Assembly (NCBI RefSeq): GCF_039654945.1
Contig: NW_027361696.1
Location: forward strand, 86,862,001 to 86,926,000
Reading direction: 5' to 3'
Source: Dendrobates tinctorius
Taxonomy: Eukaryota
Length of the DNA: 64,000 bases
A program made the position numbers and the translations under genes. This document shows, one piece after another, positions 1 to 12,556 of this stretch (positions within the stretch are counted from its first letter, which is position 1; every line of letters starts with the position of its first letter). Under the pieces are notes generated by a model. It ran no database searches. It saw nothing but the letters and a program-made list of their open reading frames with translations, and was not told the origin of the DNA.

Positions 1-240
1 GAAATAACTTTTGACAAATAAGCAGATGAATTAAAAAGTTGGTTCGTATCAAGAGGTTTTCTACATAAAATTCTCGTTGAAGATTTAAAAAAGGCTAAAA
101 TATCAAATCCCAAAGCACTTAGGACACCTCACATTAATAACAACTGTGCAAAACCCAAGAGATTCATCTTTAGTTTTAAATCCTGTCTCTTGGACAAAGT
201 TATACGTTCTGCTATAATTAAAAACTGGCATATACGCAAT
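1..240 (+). pseudogene. Penelope-like element ORF fragment (post-RT region), truncated by the window edge
   Basis: Frame 1 reads FDK*ADELKSWFVSRGF...KRFIFSF...VIRSAIIKNWHI, resembling FERQSMDLIQHFEPRGY...VRFITPF...VLKKHWS of the PLE ORF at 29400-30449; contains an in-frame stop. Confidence 0.6.
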
Positions 241-829
241 GTACATAATTCAGACCCGAAAGGTGAAAGGGTGTCTTTAATAGAGATGATCGAATATTTC
301 AAAGTTCGGTTTGGATTACGTTTGCAGAGTTTGCAATATTTGCAGATTAATATGTTGAATATTTGTCGAACATAACTGAACGCCGTTCACCTCAATGGGA
401 GGCAAAAACAAACGCATGCACAACACCTTTTAAATGCCCGCAATGCTGCCAAAGCACATCAAATGAGGGACAGATACCAGGAAAGTGGCCTCAATTCACC
501 CGTAGTACAGATTTTAGTATGGCACTGCAGCAATCAGACAGGCATGAGGTATCGGGGTCTGGGACAACATTTGCAGCTTTCAATTGAACGTCACAGTAAA
601 ACGAGGTGTGTGATCGGTGTAGGACCCTTTTTCTGGGAGTCCTGATACCACATGCAACACCTCTACCTGCTTTCATGCTGAGCCACACTCAAGTGGCACA
701 AATATAAGTTTTGTAGACTACCATTGTCAGAAAAATTTAAAGATAGTAACACGGGTAGTTGATTCCAAGGGGGTGATGGCCTGACGATGTCAGAAACCTA
801 ATGCTACAGGCAGCACCCATTAAGGAGAC

Positions 830-1800
830 CCAAATGGGAGTGTTAATATTTCCAAAAATTATTGGCAGACACCACCAAAGTGGCATCAATTTCACCACAG
901 TAGAAATAGTATAATAGGGACCGACAGTTATTCCACTACACCAAATACAGCAAATAGACACCCATCAAAGTGTGTTCACATTTCCAATAATTACTGGCAG
1001 ACACCACAAAAGTGGCATCAATTTTATCACAGTAGAAATATATAATAGGGACCGACAGTTCTTCCACTACACCCAATACAGCAGATGGACACCCAACAAA
1101 GAGTGTTAACATTTAAATAAATGAGGGCCTTACATAAAAGAAGTGGCATCAATTTTACCACAGTATAAATAGTATAATAGGGACCGACAGGTCTTTCACT
1201 ACAACCAATACAGCAGATGGACAACCAACAAGGAGTGTTCACATTTCCAAAAAATTTTGGCAGACTGCCAAAGTGCTATCAATTTCACCACAATAGAAAC
1301 TGTATAATAGGGACCAACAGTTCTTCTACTACACCCAATACAGCAGATAGACACCCAACAAGTAGTGTTCACATTTAAAGAAATGAGGGCCTTACACCAA
1401 AGAAGTGGCATCAATTTCACCACAGTAGAAATAGTATAATAGGAACCGACAGGTCTTTCACTACACCCAATACAGCAGATGGACACCCAACACGGAGTGC
1501 TCACATTTCCAAAAATTATTGGCATACACCACCAAAGTGGCATCAATTTCATCACAGTAGACATAGCATAATAGGGAATGACAGTTCTAACACTGCACCC
1601 AATTTAACAGATGGACACCCAACCAGGAGTGTTCACATTTAAACAAATGAGGGCCTTACACCACAGACGTGGCATTAAATTCACAAGAGCAGAAACAGTA
1701 TAATAAGGACCATGAGGTCTTCCACTAAACCCAATCCAGCAGATGGACACCCAATCAGGAGTGTTCACATTTTAAAAAGTGAGGGCTTGACACTACAAAA
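830..1800. repeat. Tandem array, ~131-132 bp unit, ~7 copies, two partly alternating variants
   Basis: GTGGCATCAAT-like marker at 880, 1012, 1143, 1273, 1405, 1537, 1669. Confidence 0.9.
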
Positions 1801-1986
1801 GGGGAATAACTGTCATGAGAAAAGAAATAGTATAATTGGAGATGTAGACCAACCATGACCAGCAGATATAGACCAGCAGATGTAGACCAACCATAACTGT
1901 TCACATTTCCACAAATTTGTGTTAACATAAGCAGCAGCTGCCACAGAAGCGACACTAAAGATATCAGAGCGTGCAGTTACATGACT

Positions 1987-2325
1987 TTAATGCATCACAC
2001 TAAAAAAGGCAATATCACCTAGTCTGTACGGTCTGCGATTGGGGTGCAAAAGTCCTTGGAGATCCATGACATTCATCTTACTGAAAGCTAGGCGGTCTAC
2101 ACTTTCAGGGAACAGAGGATTGCGCTTATCCATCAGGATACCACCAGCAGCGCTTAAGACAAGTTCACAGAGAATGCTGGTTGATGGGCACGATAAAACC
2201 TTGAAGGCGTGTGAGGCGAGCTCAGGCCACTCAACTATTTTGGAAGACCAAAATATGAAAGGGTCCAAACCCTCTCTGATGGTATTGATATTTATTTCTA
2301 GATACTCTTGCACCATACTCTCCAT
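1987..2325 (-). pseudogene. hAT transposase C-terminal dimerisation domain remnant
   Basis: Motifs match the C-terminus of the near-intact transposase at 18887-19100. Confidence 0.85.
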
Positions 2326-2479
2326 TTATTCACACATGTAAGACTTGGACTTTGTTGTCCTGGTGCACGACTTGGTCTAAAAAAAGTGATGAAAAAACAA
2401 CAATAGATGTATATCACAGAGCCAGTGAGGTGAGATAATTGTGAAGGTGATATAAATCTACTGTGTCAAAAAGTATGGC

Positions 2480-4170
2480 AGACCATTCCAGAGAGAGTAG
2501 AGGCCAAAAATGAGCAACACCGAACAAAGATAAAATCAATAAGACTAAAACTATATCTAAAATTCCTTTATTAATAAGGGTAAAAATAGCACTACAATTA
2601 AGATGGGTGCCAACACGGAGAAAAACTGATATTATAATTTCCAGTAATTAAGAAATTCCAATAATAGCTAAAAAAATCAGACAATTGCCACAGGTATTAA
2701 ATACAAAAATATATAAATAAGACAATTGCACAAAATTATATAAAAAGAAAAGAGGAAAAAATAAAAAGGAGAAAAAAATAGAAATAAAAGATAAAAAAAA
2801 GTAAAAAATCAAAAACAAGAATGTTAAATAAAAATAAAAGTAAGATTATAAATATAGTAGGTATACAGTATATACATTGGCGCTTCACTCGAAAGGTTTA
2901 AACAAAGGGAGGTGCAAAAAACTTATAAGCTGCTGGTGAATGGTCAGGTTCTGTGTCTGTACCTGCTAAAATAGAATTAACTAGGGAATAGGTTTATACA
3001 CCGCACTAAAATAAGTTTAAGAATTTGAAGGAGGGCAAAACAATAAATTAATTCAAGAATATGGATTCTGTACTTACTTGTTCAACTGAAGGAAGTGGAA
3101 CAATGGGAGCATCTAATGGATTAAAGAAGTTGATTGAATGTTCAATTGTTTGAAGTCAAGATAGGGTTTAGCGTAGTGGACTGGCACTGCTGGTCGATAG
3201 CATTACACCCTGGCACCTGAAACGTATTAGTTGGGTTAGGGTTAATGGTTTATAAGGACTAGTAAGTGTATTTAAACTTACTTATAACAGTATAGATGGT
3301 ATAAAGATGTAAAGGACCTGAACCATAGGGTTAATACTGAAGTCAGGCATAGTATGGATCACCTTTTTCCAAACACTAGATAATAGTGAAAAAATGTGAT
3401 AAAGATTGCTAATGGTGTTAACTGTAAATATAAGTTAACTAGCTGTGATCCCATAAAGGAAATACAAAGCGTGTAACTCTATAAATAAGTTGGTTACTTA
3501 CTTATGCTTGCATTGGTGATGCAGTGTATTACCTTCCCAGAGGAATATAAACTGATCTGCAGCTCAGGTGGGCTTACTGCTGGGAATGGTAATCTTGGGA
3601 GCCACTTATATAGATAGCAGTCTAGTGTCATCAGCTGTGTTCAACGTTGATGCTGTAATGACGCTCATATCAGGCATGCTGGGGCTCACTTGTATAGCGG
3701 TGAAGTAACAAGCGGCTCGGTATAAGCGAGATTGCCGTTGAGCAGAGAGAGGCGCGTTGAAGCCTGGAAGCAACACTAGGACTCGGGCGCAAAAGAAGGG
3801 GGAAGAGCTAAACATGAGGTCACGAAGCTGAGAGGACATGTGCTGATGGTCTCAATTACCAATGCGTTTCAAGGGACGTTCCCTCTTCATCAGGGCTGTG
3901 ACTCACTTGTGTGTTCCATCCTTATATACCTCATGGTTCAATCCTTTGGGGTGCTAAACTGTCAAGGGTGAAAATCTACCTGGTTTCCACCCTTAACTTG
4001 GCTTTCAGATAATCGCCTCCCCTGGGCAGGTAATTTGAGATTTAATATGGTATTGGTTAGTTTTATTAGTATCAAAGAAGGACGTTCATAGTTTTTTTGC
4101 GAGAGAGGTTCTATTACAGCATGTGCATTTTCCACATGGTAAAAAACCTGTTGTTTTGGGGGTTGAATAT
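2480..4170 (-). mobile_element. Penelope-type pseudo-LTR / non-coding remnant
   Basis: Minus strand shows TATA (GTATATAAG, ~3921-3929), then a hammerhead motif (3859-3896), a T-rich body and AATAAA near 2567-2572. Boundaries approximate. Confidence 0.5.
3859..3896 (-). ncRNA. Minimal type I hammerhead ribozyme motif
   Basis: Minus strand GCC-CTGATGA-AGAGGGA-ACG-TCCCTT-GAAA-CGCATT-GG: both conserved core boxes plus a stem II. Confidence 0.7.
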
Positions 4171-4174
4171 AACC

Positions 4175-5335
4175 AACAAGGAGCTCAGAGACAGAATTGT
4201 GGCAAGGCACAGATCTGGCCAAGGTTACAAAAGAATTTCTTCAGTACTCAAGGTTCCTAAGACCACAGTGGCCTCCATAATCCTTAAATGGAAGAAATTT
4301 GGGACCACCAGAAGTCTTCCTAGACCTGGTAGAACAGCCAAACTGAGCAATCGTGAGAGAAGAGCCTTGGTGAGAGAGGTAAAGACAAACCCCAAGATGA
4401 CTGTGGCTGAGCTCCACAGGTGCAGTAGTGAGATGGGAGAAAGTTTCACAAAGTCAGTCAGGCCTTTATGGCAGAGTGGCCTGTCGGAAACCTCTCCTCA
4501 GTGCCAGACATATGAAAACCCGCATAGAGTATGCTAAAAAACACATGAAGGGCTCCCAGACTATGAGAAATAAGATTCTCTGGTCTGATGAGACAAAGAT
4601 CGAACTTTTTGGTGATAATTCAAAACTGTATGTGTGGAGAAAACCAGGCAATGCTCACCACCTGCCCAATACAATCCTAACAATGAAACATGGTGGTGGC
4701 AGTATAATGCCATGGAGGTGTTTTTCAGCTGCAGGGACAGTACGACTGGTTGCAATTGAAGGAAACATAAATGCGGCCAAGTACATAGGTATCCTAGATG
4801 AAAACCTATTCCAGAGTGCTCTGGACCTCAGACTTGGCCAAAGATTCTCCTTCCAACAAGACAATGACCCTAAGTACACAGCTTAAATAACAAAGGAGTG
4901 GCTTCAGAACAAATCTGTGACCATTCTCGACTGGCCCAGCCAGAGCCCTGACCTAAACCCAATTGAGCATTTCTGGAGAGACCTGAAAATGGCTGTCTAC
5001 CAACGTTCACCATCCAACCTGACGGAACTGGAGAGGATCTGCAAGGAAGAATAAGAGAGGATCCCAAATCCAGGTGTGAAAAACTTGTTGCATTGTTCCC
5101 AAGAAGACTCATGGCTGTACTAGCTCAAAAGGGTGCTTCTGCTCAATACTGAGCAAAGGGTCTGAATACTTATGACTATTTGTTATTTCAGTTTTTCTTT
5201 TTTAATACATTTGCAAAAATTTCTACATTTCTGTTTTTTTTTCAGTCAAGATGGGATGCAGAGTGCACATTAATAAGAAAAAAAATGAACTTTTTTGAAT
5301 TTACCAAATGGCTGCAATGAATCAAAGAGTAGAAA
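4175..5335 (+). mobile_element. Tc1 transposon, 5'-truncated, frameshifted transposase pseudogene
   Basis: KELRDRIV...GYKRIS...GR HTH region, [27 protein letters not shown] and [11 protein letters not shown], spread over several frames. Confidence 0.92.
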
Positions 5336-5772
5336 ATCTGGAGAGCTTTGTCTAAATAAAGTTCTCTATTCATTGTCTATGGGACTGCTAGAGACAGTCC
5401 ACCACAGGTAGGAATATTTCTTTGGTTCAACCTGTGCAGACTTATAAGGGCCCTAGAGGTAAGAGAGCGTCCACCACCTCCAAAGCAAGTAAAATTGTGC
5501 ATTAGGAACAGTTATTGGACCGCAAAGGGGCCATATATTGTTCATGCACAGGGATCTTTTTTGCCTGTATCCACCAGTGGTCGATCATAATGCTCCAATA
5601 TTTCTGGAACTCCCATAAATAATGAACTGGTGCTTTAAGTGAAACAATACAGTAGTCTGGTAGCAAATTGGTTAACAGAGGATTACAGATACTTTTGGCT
5701 TCTATAAACTATTCTCAAGCTGTTCTTGGTTGTTTCTGGTTGATCCATTGATATTAATTGGGTTGATCAACT

Positions 5773-6953
5773 GGGGGCAGCACTGTTGCTCAGTGGTTAC
5801 ATAGTTACGTACAGTAGGTTGAATAAAGACCTTGGTACATCAAGTTCAACCTTTCTCCACCAACTGTACTTGCAGCGCTGGAGTCCTGGGTTCAAATTCC
5901 ACCAAGAACAACATCTGCAAGGAGTTTGTATGTTCTCCCTGTGCTTGTTTGGGTTTCCTCCCACACTCCAAAAGACATACTGATAGGGAATTTAGATTAA
6001 GAGCCCCATCGGGGACAGCGATGATAATGTGTTATGAATGAGTCACCAAGGAGGAAAAACAAAAAAAAACAAAAACAAGCTAAGCCCCAGAAAACCAGAG
6101 AGGTTGGTAATTAAGTGGATTGCAGACCCCTGATCCTATCCACACAACTAGCAGTAGCCGTGGAGCGTACCTACGATGATCCTAGATGCCTCGTCACAGC
6201 CGAAGAACTAAATAAGCCTAAAGCAAGAAAAGGGGAAATCTAAATTGCCCCAGAGCAGACCCCAAAGCAATAGACAGCCCCCAAACATGCATTGTCGGTG
6301 AGACAAGATGAAAACACAAACACAGATAGAAAAATAGGATGAGCAAACGATGGGGCCCATACTAACTAGAGAGGACAGGAAAGGAAATATGCTGTCTGCA
6401 ATCACTCACAAAACCCTGCCAAAAAATGTCCAACACTTTCTGATAACAAAAACCCTGAAGGGACAAAAAGCAAACTGGCATAAACAGAGACATAAAAATG
6501 GAAATTCAGCACAGCCCCAGCAGGGGCTGGCTGACCACAAAAACTGAGTAAACCAGACCAAATCTCATGTGAAAAATAGCAGAGCACACTTAGCTTGAGA
6601 AGGCAGGAACAGAACTGGAAACCAGAACCTCAGGGCAGGAGAAAATCACCAGCACAAAATTAGGGAGTAGGCTGTCTTAAATCCGGTCAGAGACTCCTGA
6701 TGTCCTCTCGCAGTCCTCCTCCTCAGGTGGCAGGTCTCTGCAATTTAGATCAGCTTCATTACCTGCTGTCATCACCAGAGGGAGCCCGGATGGAGAACTC
6801 ATGACTCCTCTGTCAACACAGCCATCTCCACCACCCTCACCAGAAGCCAGAGGTAAACCAGAAAATGAGTTCACAACAATAATGTATGCAAAACTGTAAA
6901 GCGCTGCGGAATATGTTGGCGCTATATAAAAAAAGAGATTACTATTATTATTG
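5773..6953 (+). mobile_element. tRNA-derived SINE interrupted by a CR1 3' scrap (~5799-5865) and a solo LTR
   Basis: GGGGCAGCAC..GCTCAGTGG (A box), GGTTCAAATTCC (B box), body homologous to the SINE at 29147-29408, (TAT)n tail. Confidence 0.8.
6030..6878. mobile_element. Solo LTR
   Basis: TGTTATGAA...TTCACAACA termini; direct repeat ATAATG at 6024-6029 and 6879-6884; removal restores the SINE. Confidence 0.85.
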
Positions 6954-8245
6954 GTGGTGTGCATTCATTCAGTGTCTATGGAACAGCCAAAGACAGCAAA
7001 GATCAGCTAAAGCATGTATTTTGTCCAATTAGAGTACACTAGAGAATTTTACTATTTTTACTATGTCCGTAAGTGTCAATAAATTTAAATAGTTTTTCTG
7101 AACTATCTCAATCTATGCTTAATTCATACAGGGCTCGGCTTGGCACTGTTCTCCAGATCAGAGGATCAGTAAAATATCACCTATCCTTGGATGACAACAT
7201 AAAGGGAGTCTGAAAATTCAAACTGTCAGTACAAAACAAGCACATGGGAATGATTAGGGGTATAGAGCCACCATAAAATTCACACCTGAATTGATTTAAT
7301 CACTGCCTCCATTTAGTAGAAGCTGGAGTAAGATCAAATAGGATTGGAGTGCCTTGTGCACCCTTGGTGTAGCCAAGCTCAGGGAACCCTTCCACCTACT
7401 GGTTTGGCATAACTCTACCTCCTCACTGGTGAATGGTAGTGCTGGCCTCAGATTTCTCAGCAGACAGAGCTCAATTGAGGCAAAAAAACAGTGCTGACAA
7501 TAAACAGTAAAGGAAAAAGGGCATGCAAAACAAGTGAGTGGCACAGTACACTGAGCCTTTTGGCCAATTTATAACGGGGTTATATCCCCTAATAGGATAC
7601 GTGCTTAGTATATACTGAGAGTTTGGCCTGACAAACTGTCTTTCCCAACTTGATCCAAAACTTTTTAATGGTGAGATACATTAGCTCAGTATCAAAAGGG
7701 TTAACAATGGAGTACAGATACTATTAGTTTGTCTGAGCTATGCTGCAGTTTTTTTCTACGGAAGGCGTTCTATCTGACATTTTGTGGAAATAACACATGC
7801 TGTTAAATTTCATTAATCTTGCAGAAGTATTTTGCCTGCAAGCCTATGATACATAATAATAATACAAATAGGCTGATCACACTGCTTTAAACATTCAAAG
7901 TAAAGACAGTCTGGTATATTCGTGAAATACGGCAGCTCTGGTATTTCTTTATGTTATTTTAAGAAAAGTTACATTACACTAAATTATTATTGGTGATCTT
8001 AAGAAGAAGCAGTGACCTGAAATGTTTACTTTATAAGAAACTTCTGAATATTACAACATGTAAATGGACTGTATGTCGAGAGTAAAAATAAACTTATTGT
8101 AAAGTTAATGCATGGATTTGGGCCAACAAAGTTATACTGGAAAACTTTAACTCTATTATTAGATCTGAAAGCTTCAATACATTGAGCAAAAATAGCACAA
8201 AGGGAAAGTATAAAATAAAAGTTGGGCCACATATACTGTAGACAT

Positions 8246-8342
8246 ATAGTTGGGAAAATAAGTATTGGATACACATTACCGATTTTGCAAGTTTTCTCAC
8301 CTACAAAGAATGGAGAGGTCTGTAATTTTTATCGTAGGTACA
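8246..8342 (+). mobile_element. Tc1 terminal fragment
   Basis: AGTTGGGAAAATAAGTATT...ATTTTGCAAGTTTTCTCAC, homologous to the Tc1 end at 59666-59730. Confidence 0.65.
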
Positions 8343-8979
8343 TTTATTTTCCCCAATGTATGGCTCTTGCCTTTTGCATGCTGCTGCCAGCTGCTGATAC
8401 CTCTGTGTCATTGGATCACCTAGGATGTCAGGGTATTACTGAAATTTGGCTCCAGGTCAGAACTTTATCAATGGTAGATGATACCAGTCGGAGAACTGTA
8501 TTACTGGAGCGTGACTCATGGGCCTGGATTATAGCGCAAACATTTGGCACTGTAGAATTGGAATTTGCATCAACTTAATACTACAGTCACTTGGCAATTC
8601 TCAATGACATTTTCTTTTTGCTCTTTTCATTTGTTATCAAAATTGGTTTATAAATATTGTATCTCCATTTTATTAATTTCTTTCAGAAAAAAAGGACATT
8701 TTTCAAGTATTTGATTTTAATTTATTTAATTAAAGTTAATTATGCAGATAAATAATTAGTGAAATTAAAAAAAAATTGCAGAAAAGAATCCTGTTTTATG
8801 TGCATTTGTTAAGTATGTTAATGCTTTGCTTAGAGGGAAATGGGCATGACTTGATATAAGGAGGGCATTAATTAAAATATGCTGTCTTGAACAAATACTG
8901 GTAGCAAGGCAAAAAATTTGTAATAAACAGGATCAAAAATTCCGCATCTGTTTTGTCTTTTATATATAGCTTTCTTTAA

Positions 8980-9083
8980 CCCGTTAATGACCTATGACAA
9001 GTATATCCATCATAGGTCGCCTCCCCTTCGTAGGTGTGGGCTCCGGCGCTGAGCCCGCATCTTTTAGTCAAATTACAGCTGAT
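8980..9083 (+). mobile_element. piggyBac-type (TTAA) non-autonomous element, left end; appears to resume at ~33832
   Basis: TTAA|CCCGTTAATGACC terminus; breaks at CAGCTGAT and resumes CTGATTAGCTGTCAT at ~33832. Confidence 0.6.
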
Positions 9084-10137
9084 CCCCGAGGAAGCGAAAC
9101 TGTCATGTCGGACACTGTTCACAACAGGGTGTCCGGCAGACAGCGGTAATACCCTATTCCACTACAGTATGCTCAGGGACTTTGTTGGGTATTCTGTTCC
9201 AGTCGGGATAGGGTTAACCAGGTTGTCATGCTGGCTGAGGGCTGGGCCACGCCCTTGGTCTTTAAATAGTCCGTCCTGACTATGGGCGTCGCTGACTATA
9301 GCTTTTGCCTAGTGCTAGCAATACCGGTCAGCAGTGGTGATTTTGGAGCGTCTGATATTTGGTGCAGTATATCTCTCAGTTGTTCTTTCTCCTATCTGTT
9401 ATATATATATATATTTGGTTGCCCTTGCACATTATTGTATTCCCTTGTGTATTAACGGTGTGGTGTTTCTTTTACCCCTGTCCAAACGTATTTGTGGGGT
9501 CTGGTGTCTGGTCCCCTCACTGGGTGGAGGGTGGTGGGTTCAGCTTAGGGCTGGACAGGAGACAGGGACAGGGTGGAGGCCCAGGCAGGCACACCTTCAG
9601 TGTAAACCCTGGGTTGAGGGACAGACAGGGTTTTCCCTAGTCTGAGGGATACCGCAGGGGTCCCGGAGTTTTAGCCTAAAGTAACCTAGGCATACCATGA
9701 CAGAAACGTGCGTTGGGGCCTTGGCACAACGCTCTGGCATTTGAATATGGGTAAGAGGATTTAATGTTAATCTGTGCCAGCACAGACTGCCTTTAAAATG
9801 TTTGACACTTTCATAGACACATGGATCCCTGGCCAGAAATTTGTTGTTGTCTGGTGTCACTTGGACATAAATAGTTGTTTACATGCACTTCTGTGCTTTT
9901 TTAAGACCTGGAGAATATTTTTGTCCCACAGGTTATATCTGTTCTGCCCGCCTCCTGCCCATTTGTCTGTGACTAGGGAATTTGACATATATGTTACTTA
10001 TATTATGCCAGCATTATATTATGTCGTTCCCTAATTTATTCTATTTATTCTTCTTTTGTCTGTACAGTTGCACCATGGTTGCTTATTGTCCACTGGTTTT
10101 AAACAGCTCTTTTCACCACATGTGTGGTATAATTTGT
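9084..10137 (+). mobile_element. Penelope-type pseudo-LTR remnant (continues ~33677-33831)
   Basis: Begins CCCCGAGGAAGCGAAAC|GTGCGTTGGGG, matching the hammerhead-like motif of the PLE at 31906-31940; T-rich body; AATAAA at ~33712. Confidence 0.55.
9101..9702. mobile_element. Solo LTR
   Basis: TGTCATG...CATGACA termini; 5-bp TSD GAAAC at 9096-9100 and 9703-9707. Confidence 0.9.
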
Positions 10138-10413
10138 TTTTCCAAATTTTATTGTTTTTTCAATAAATGGGGAAAATAAGGGAGGGGGAAAGAAGGGGGG
10201 GAAGGTGAGAGGTAAAGGGAAGGAAGGAAAAAAGGAAGGACAACAAAATCCAAATGTAAAGATAACATGATAATGAAACATGTTAATGCAGAAACACATT
10301 GTAAAATGAACTCTAGCAAAGGTAGGTAATATAAGCATATAACCTATTAAATCTATACCAACCAAAAGACCCAGACCCAAGGGGTCTTAGGCAGGTGCAC
10401 TCCGGTTGCAGCC

Positions 10414-11400
10414 TTAAGTAAACAACTCCAGCCATCTGGAGCATTTCCTGGCATATTTGGCAAATTGATCATGCATATTTGCAAATTTTAGTTCAAAGGA
10501 ACGATGAAGACTAATTTTGTCTATCAATAGTCTGTTAGTAGGATCAATTGTATCAGCATCCAGGGAGAGAAGGGCCAGACGAGGAGACAAAATACGTCAT
10601 GTCCCTAGGATAAGATCAATAAGGTTTGAAACCTTTCTCCAAAAAGGAACAATTTTGGGACATTGCCAAAAGATGTGCAGGATATTTCCAGGCCTACCAC
10701 AACCCCTCCAACAGAGTGAAGAATTGTCAGGATTGATTTTATGGAGTCTTACTGAGGTGTAATACCATCTCGTTAAAGGTACTGTCACACTAAGCGATAT
10801 CGCTAGCAATATCGCTATAACTAGTGACGTTATAGCGATATTGCTAGCGATATCGCTGTGTGTGATACTTACCTACAACCTGCTCCCCCGCTGCTTATCG
10901 CTGATCGTGCGAGAACGTCCAGGACTGCTTCTTGTCGTCAGCTTCCTGCGGCGCTTCCTGCTGTGACGACGAGCGACGTGTGGAGACGGGCGGGAGGACG
11001 CAGGATCACCTGGTGTGACAGGTAAGTAGCGACCCCCGTCCCTAGCGATGTTGCTGGTGAGATCTGCCTGTGTGGCAGCTCACTAGCGACCACTTAGCGA
11101 TGTACCAGCGATCCTGACCGCGTCATATCGCTGGTCGGGATCCCTGGTACATCGCTAAGTGTGACAGTACCTTAAGAGTTTGAAGTGGGTCTCTTGTAGT
11201 GATAAGGAAATGGTAGAGGCGTACGAGAGGGAACATGCCTGTTCAAAGTCAGGAGGGTCAATTATTGTATGTAATTCTTTTTCCCATTTGAAAATATCTT
11301 GAGTCTTGACCAATGCAAAGCTATTATTACACCATTTGCATGTATACTCAAAACTCCAGAAAATATTGTGATCTATATTACAAATAAGATTAACTGCTGT
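10414..11400 (-). pseudogene. L1 ORF2 C-terminal region (CCHC), split by a MITE
   Basis: KWEKEL...ETHFKLL|TRWYYT...CWRGCGRPGNILHIFWQCPKIVPFW; the frame is restored when the MITE and one TAA are removed. Confidence 0.9.
10777..11172. mobile_element. PIF/Harbinger-type MITE
   Basis: TIR AGGTACTGTCACACT / AGTGTGACAGTACCT; 3-bp TSD TAA; internal AGCGAT/ATCGCT motifs. Confidence 0.88.
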
Positions 11401-11600
11401 AACATACATACATAGTAACATAGTTTTGAAGGCTGAAGGAAGACCTTATGTCCATCTAGTTCAGCCTATTTTTAGTGCAGCTGTTCTGCATTGTTGATCC
11501 TGGGGAAGGCAAAAAAACCACAGAGTAGAAGCCAATTTTCTCCATAGGGAAAAAAATTCCTTCCCCTAAGCTGGGTCAACCATCTACCTATAATATTATG

Positions 11601-12556
11601 TTATTCGTAACCTTCTATACTGTTACTCACAAGAAAAGCATCCATTCCTTTCTTAAATTCATTCAGTGAGTTGGCCATCACCACTTCCTCAGGAAGAGAA
11701 TTCCAGAGCCTCACTGCTCTTACCGTGAAGAACCCTCTTCTATGCTGGTGCAGAAATTGTCTTTCCTCCAAAAGAAGAGAATGCCCTCTTGTTCTTGTCA
11801 TAGTCCTTGGTACAAACAGTTCATTGGAGAGATCTCTGTATTGCCCTCTGATATACTTGTACATATATATTAGGTCTCCCCTAAGTCTTCACTTTTCTAG
11901 AGTAAATAGACCTAATTTTGATAACCTTTCTGGGTATTGTAGTGAACCAACTCCATTTATCATTTTAGTAGCCCGCCTTTGATACCTTTCAAGTTCAGTA
12001 ATGTCTTTCTTGAGCACCGGCGTCCAAAATTGCACACAATACTCCAAGTGTGGTCTGACGAGTGATTTGTACAGAGAGAGAATTATGTTCTCATCTCGTG
12101 TCCCCAGACCTATTCTAATGCATGCCATGACCCTATTTGCTTTGGTGGCAGCTGCCTGACACTGGTCACTCCAATTTAGCTTCTTATTGACTAAGATGCT
12201 TAAGTCTTTTTCCATGTCTGATTTCCCCAGCAGTTTCCCATTTAGTAAGTAATTGTAGCATCTGTTTCTCCTTCCCATGTGCATAACCTTACACTTATCT
12301 GTGCTAAACCTCATTTGCCATTTTTCAGCCCAATTCTCCAATTTACTCAAATCTGTCTGTAGTTGCAAACTGTCCTCCTTTGTGTTAACTACCTTACATA
12401 GTTTTGTATCATCTGCAAATACTGATATTTTACGGTGTAAGCCATCCACTATATCATTAATAAATATATTAAATAGTAGGGGGCCCAATACAGAACCCTG
12501 TGGTACCCCACTAGTAACCCTGGCCCAATCTGAGTATGCACCATTAATAGCCACTC
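11601..12556 (-). pseudogene. CR1 ORF2 RT C-terminal half
   Basis: SGVPQGSVLGPLLF, FADDTKL, LVRPHLEYCVQFW, TRGHSL, FFTVRAVRLWNSLP. Confidence 0.93.

Larger units (their letters stand above)
281..2380 (-). mobile_element. Decayed hAT transposon, 3' part (terminus, subterminal array, transposase C-terminus)
   Basis: TIR-like TAGAGATGATCGAA at 281. ORF 1987-2325 has hAT dimerisation-domain motifs (FW...WPELA...LSCPSTSILCELVLSAAG...MDKRNPL). Confidence 0.8.
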
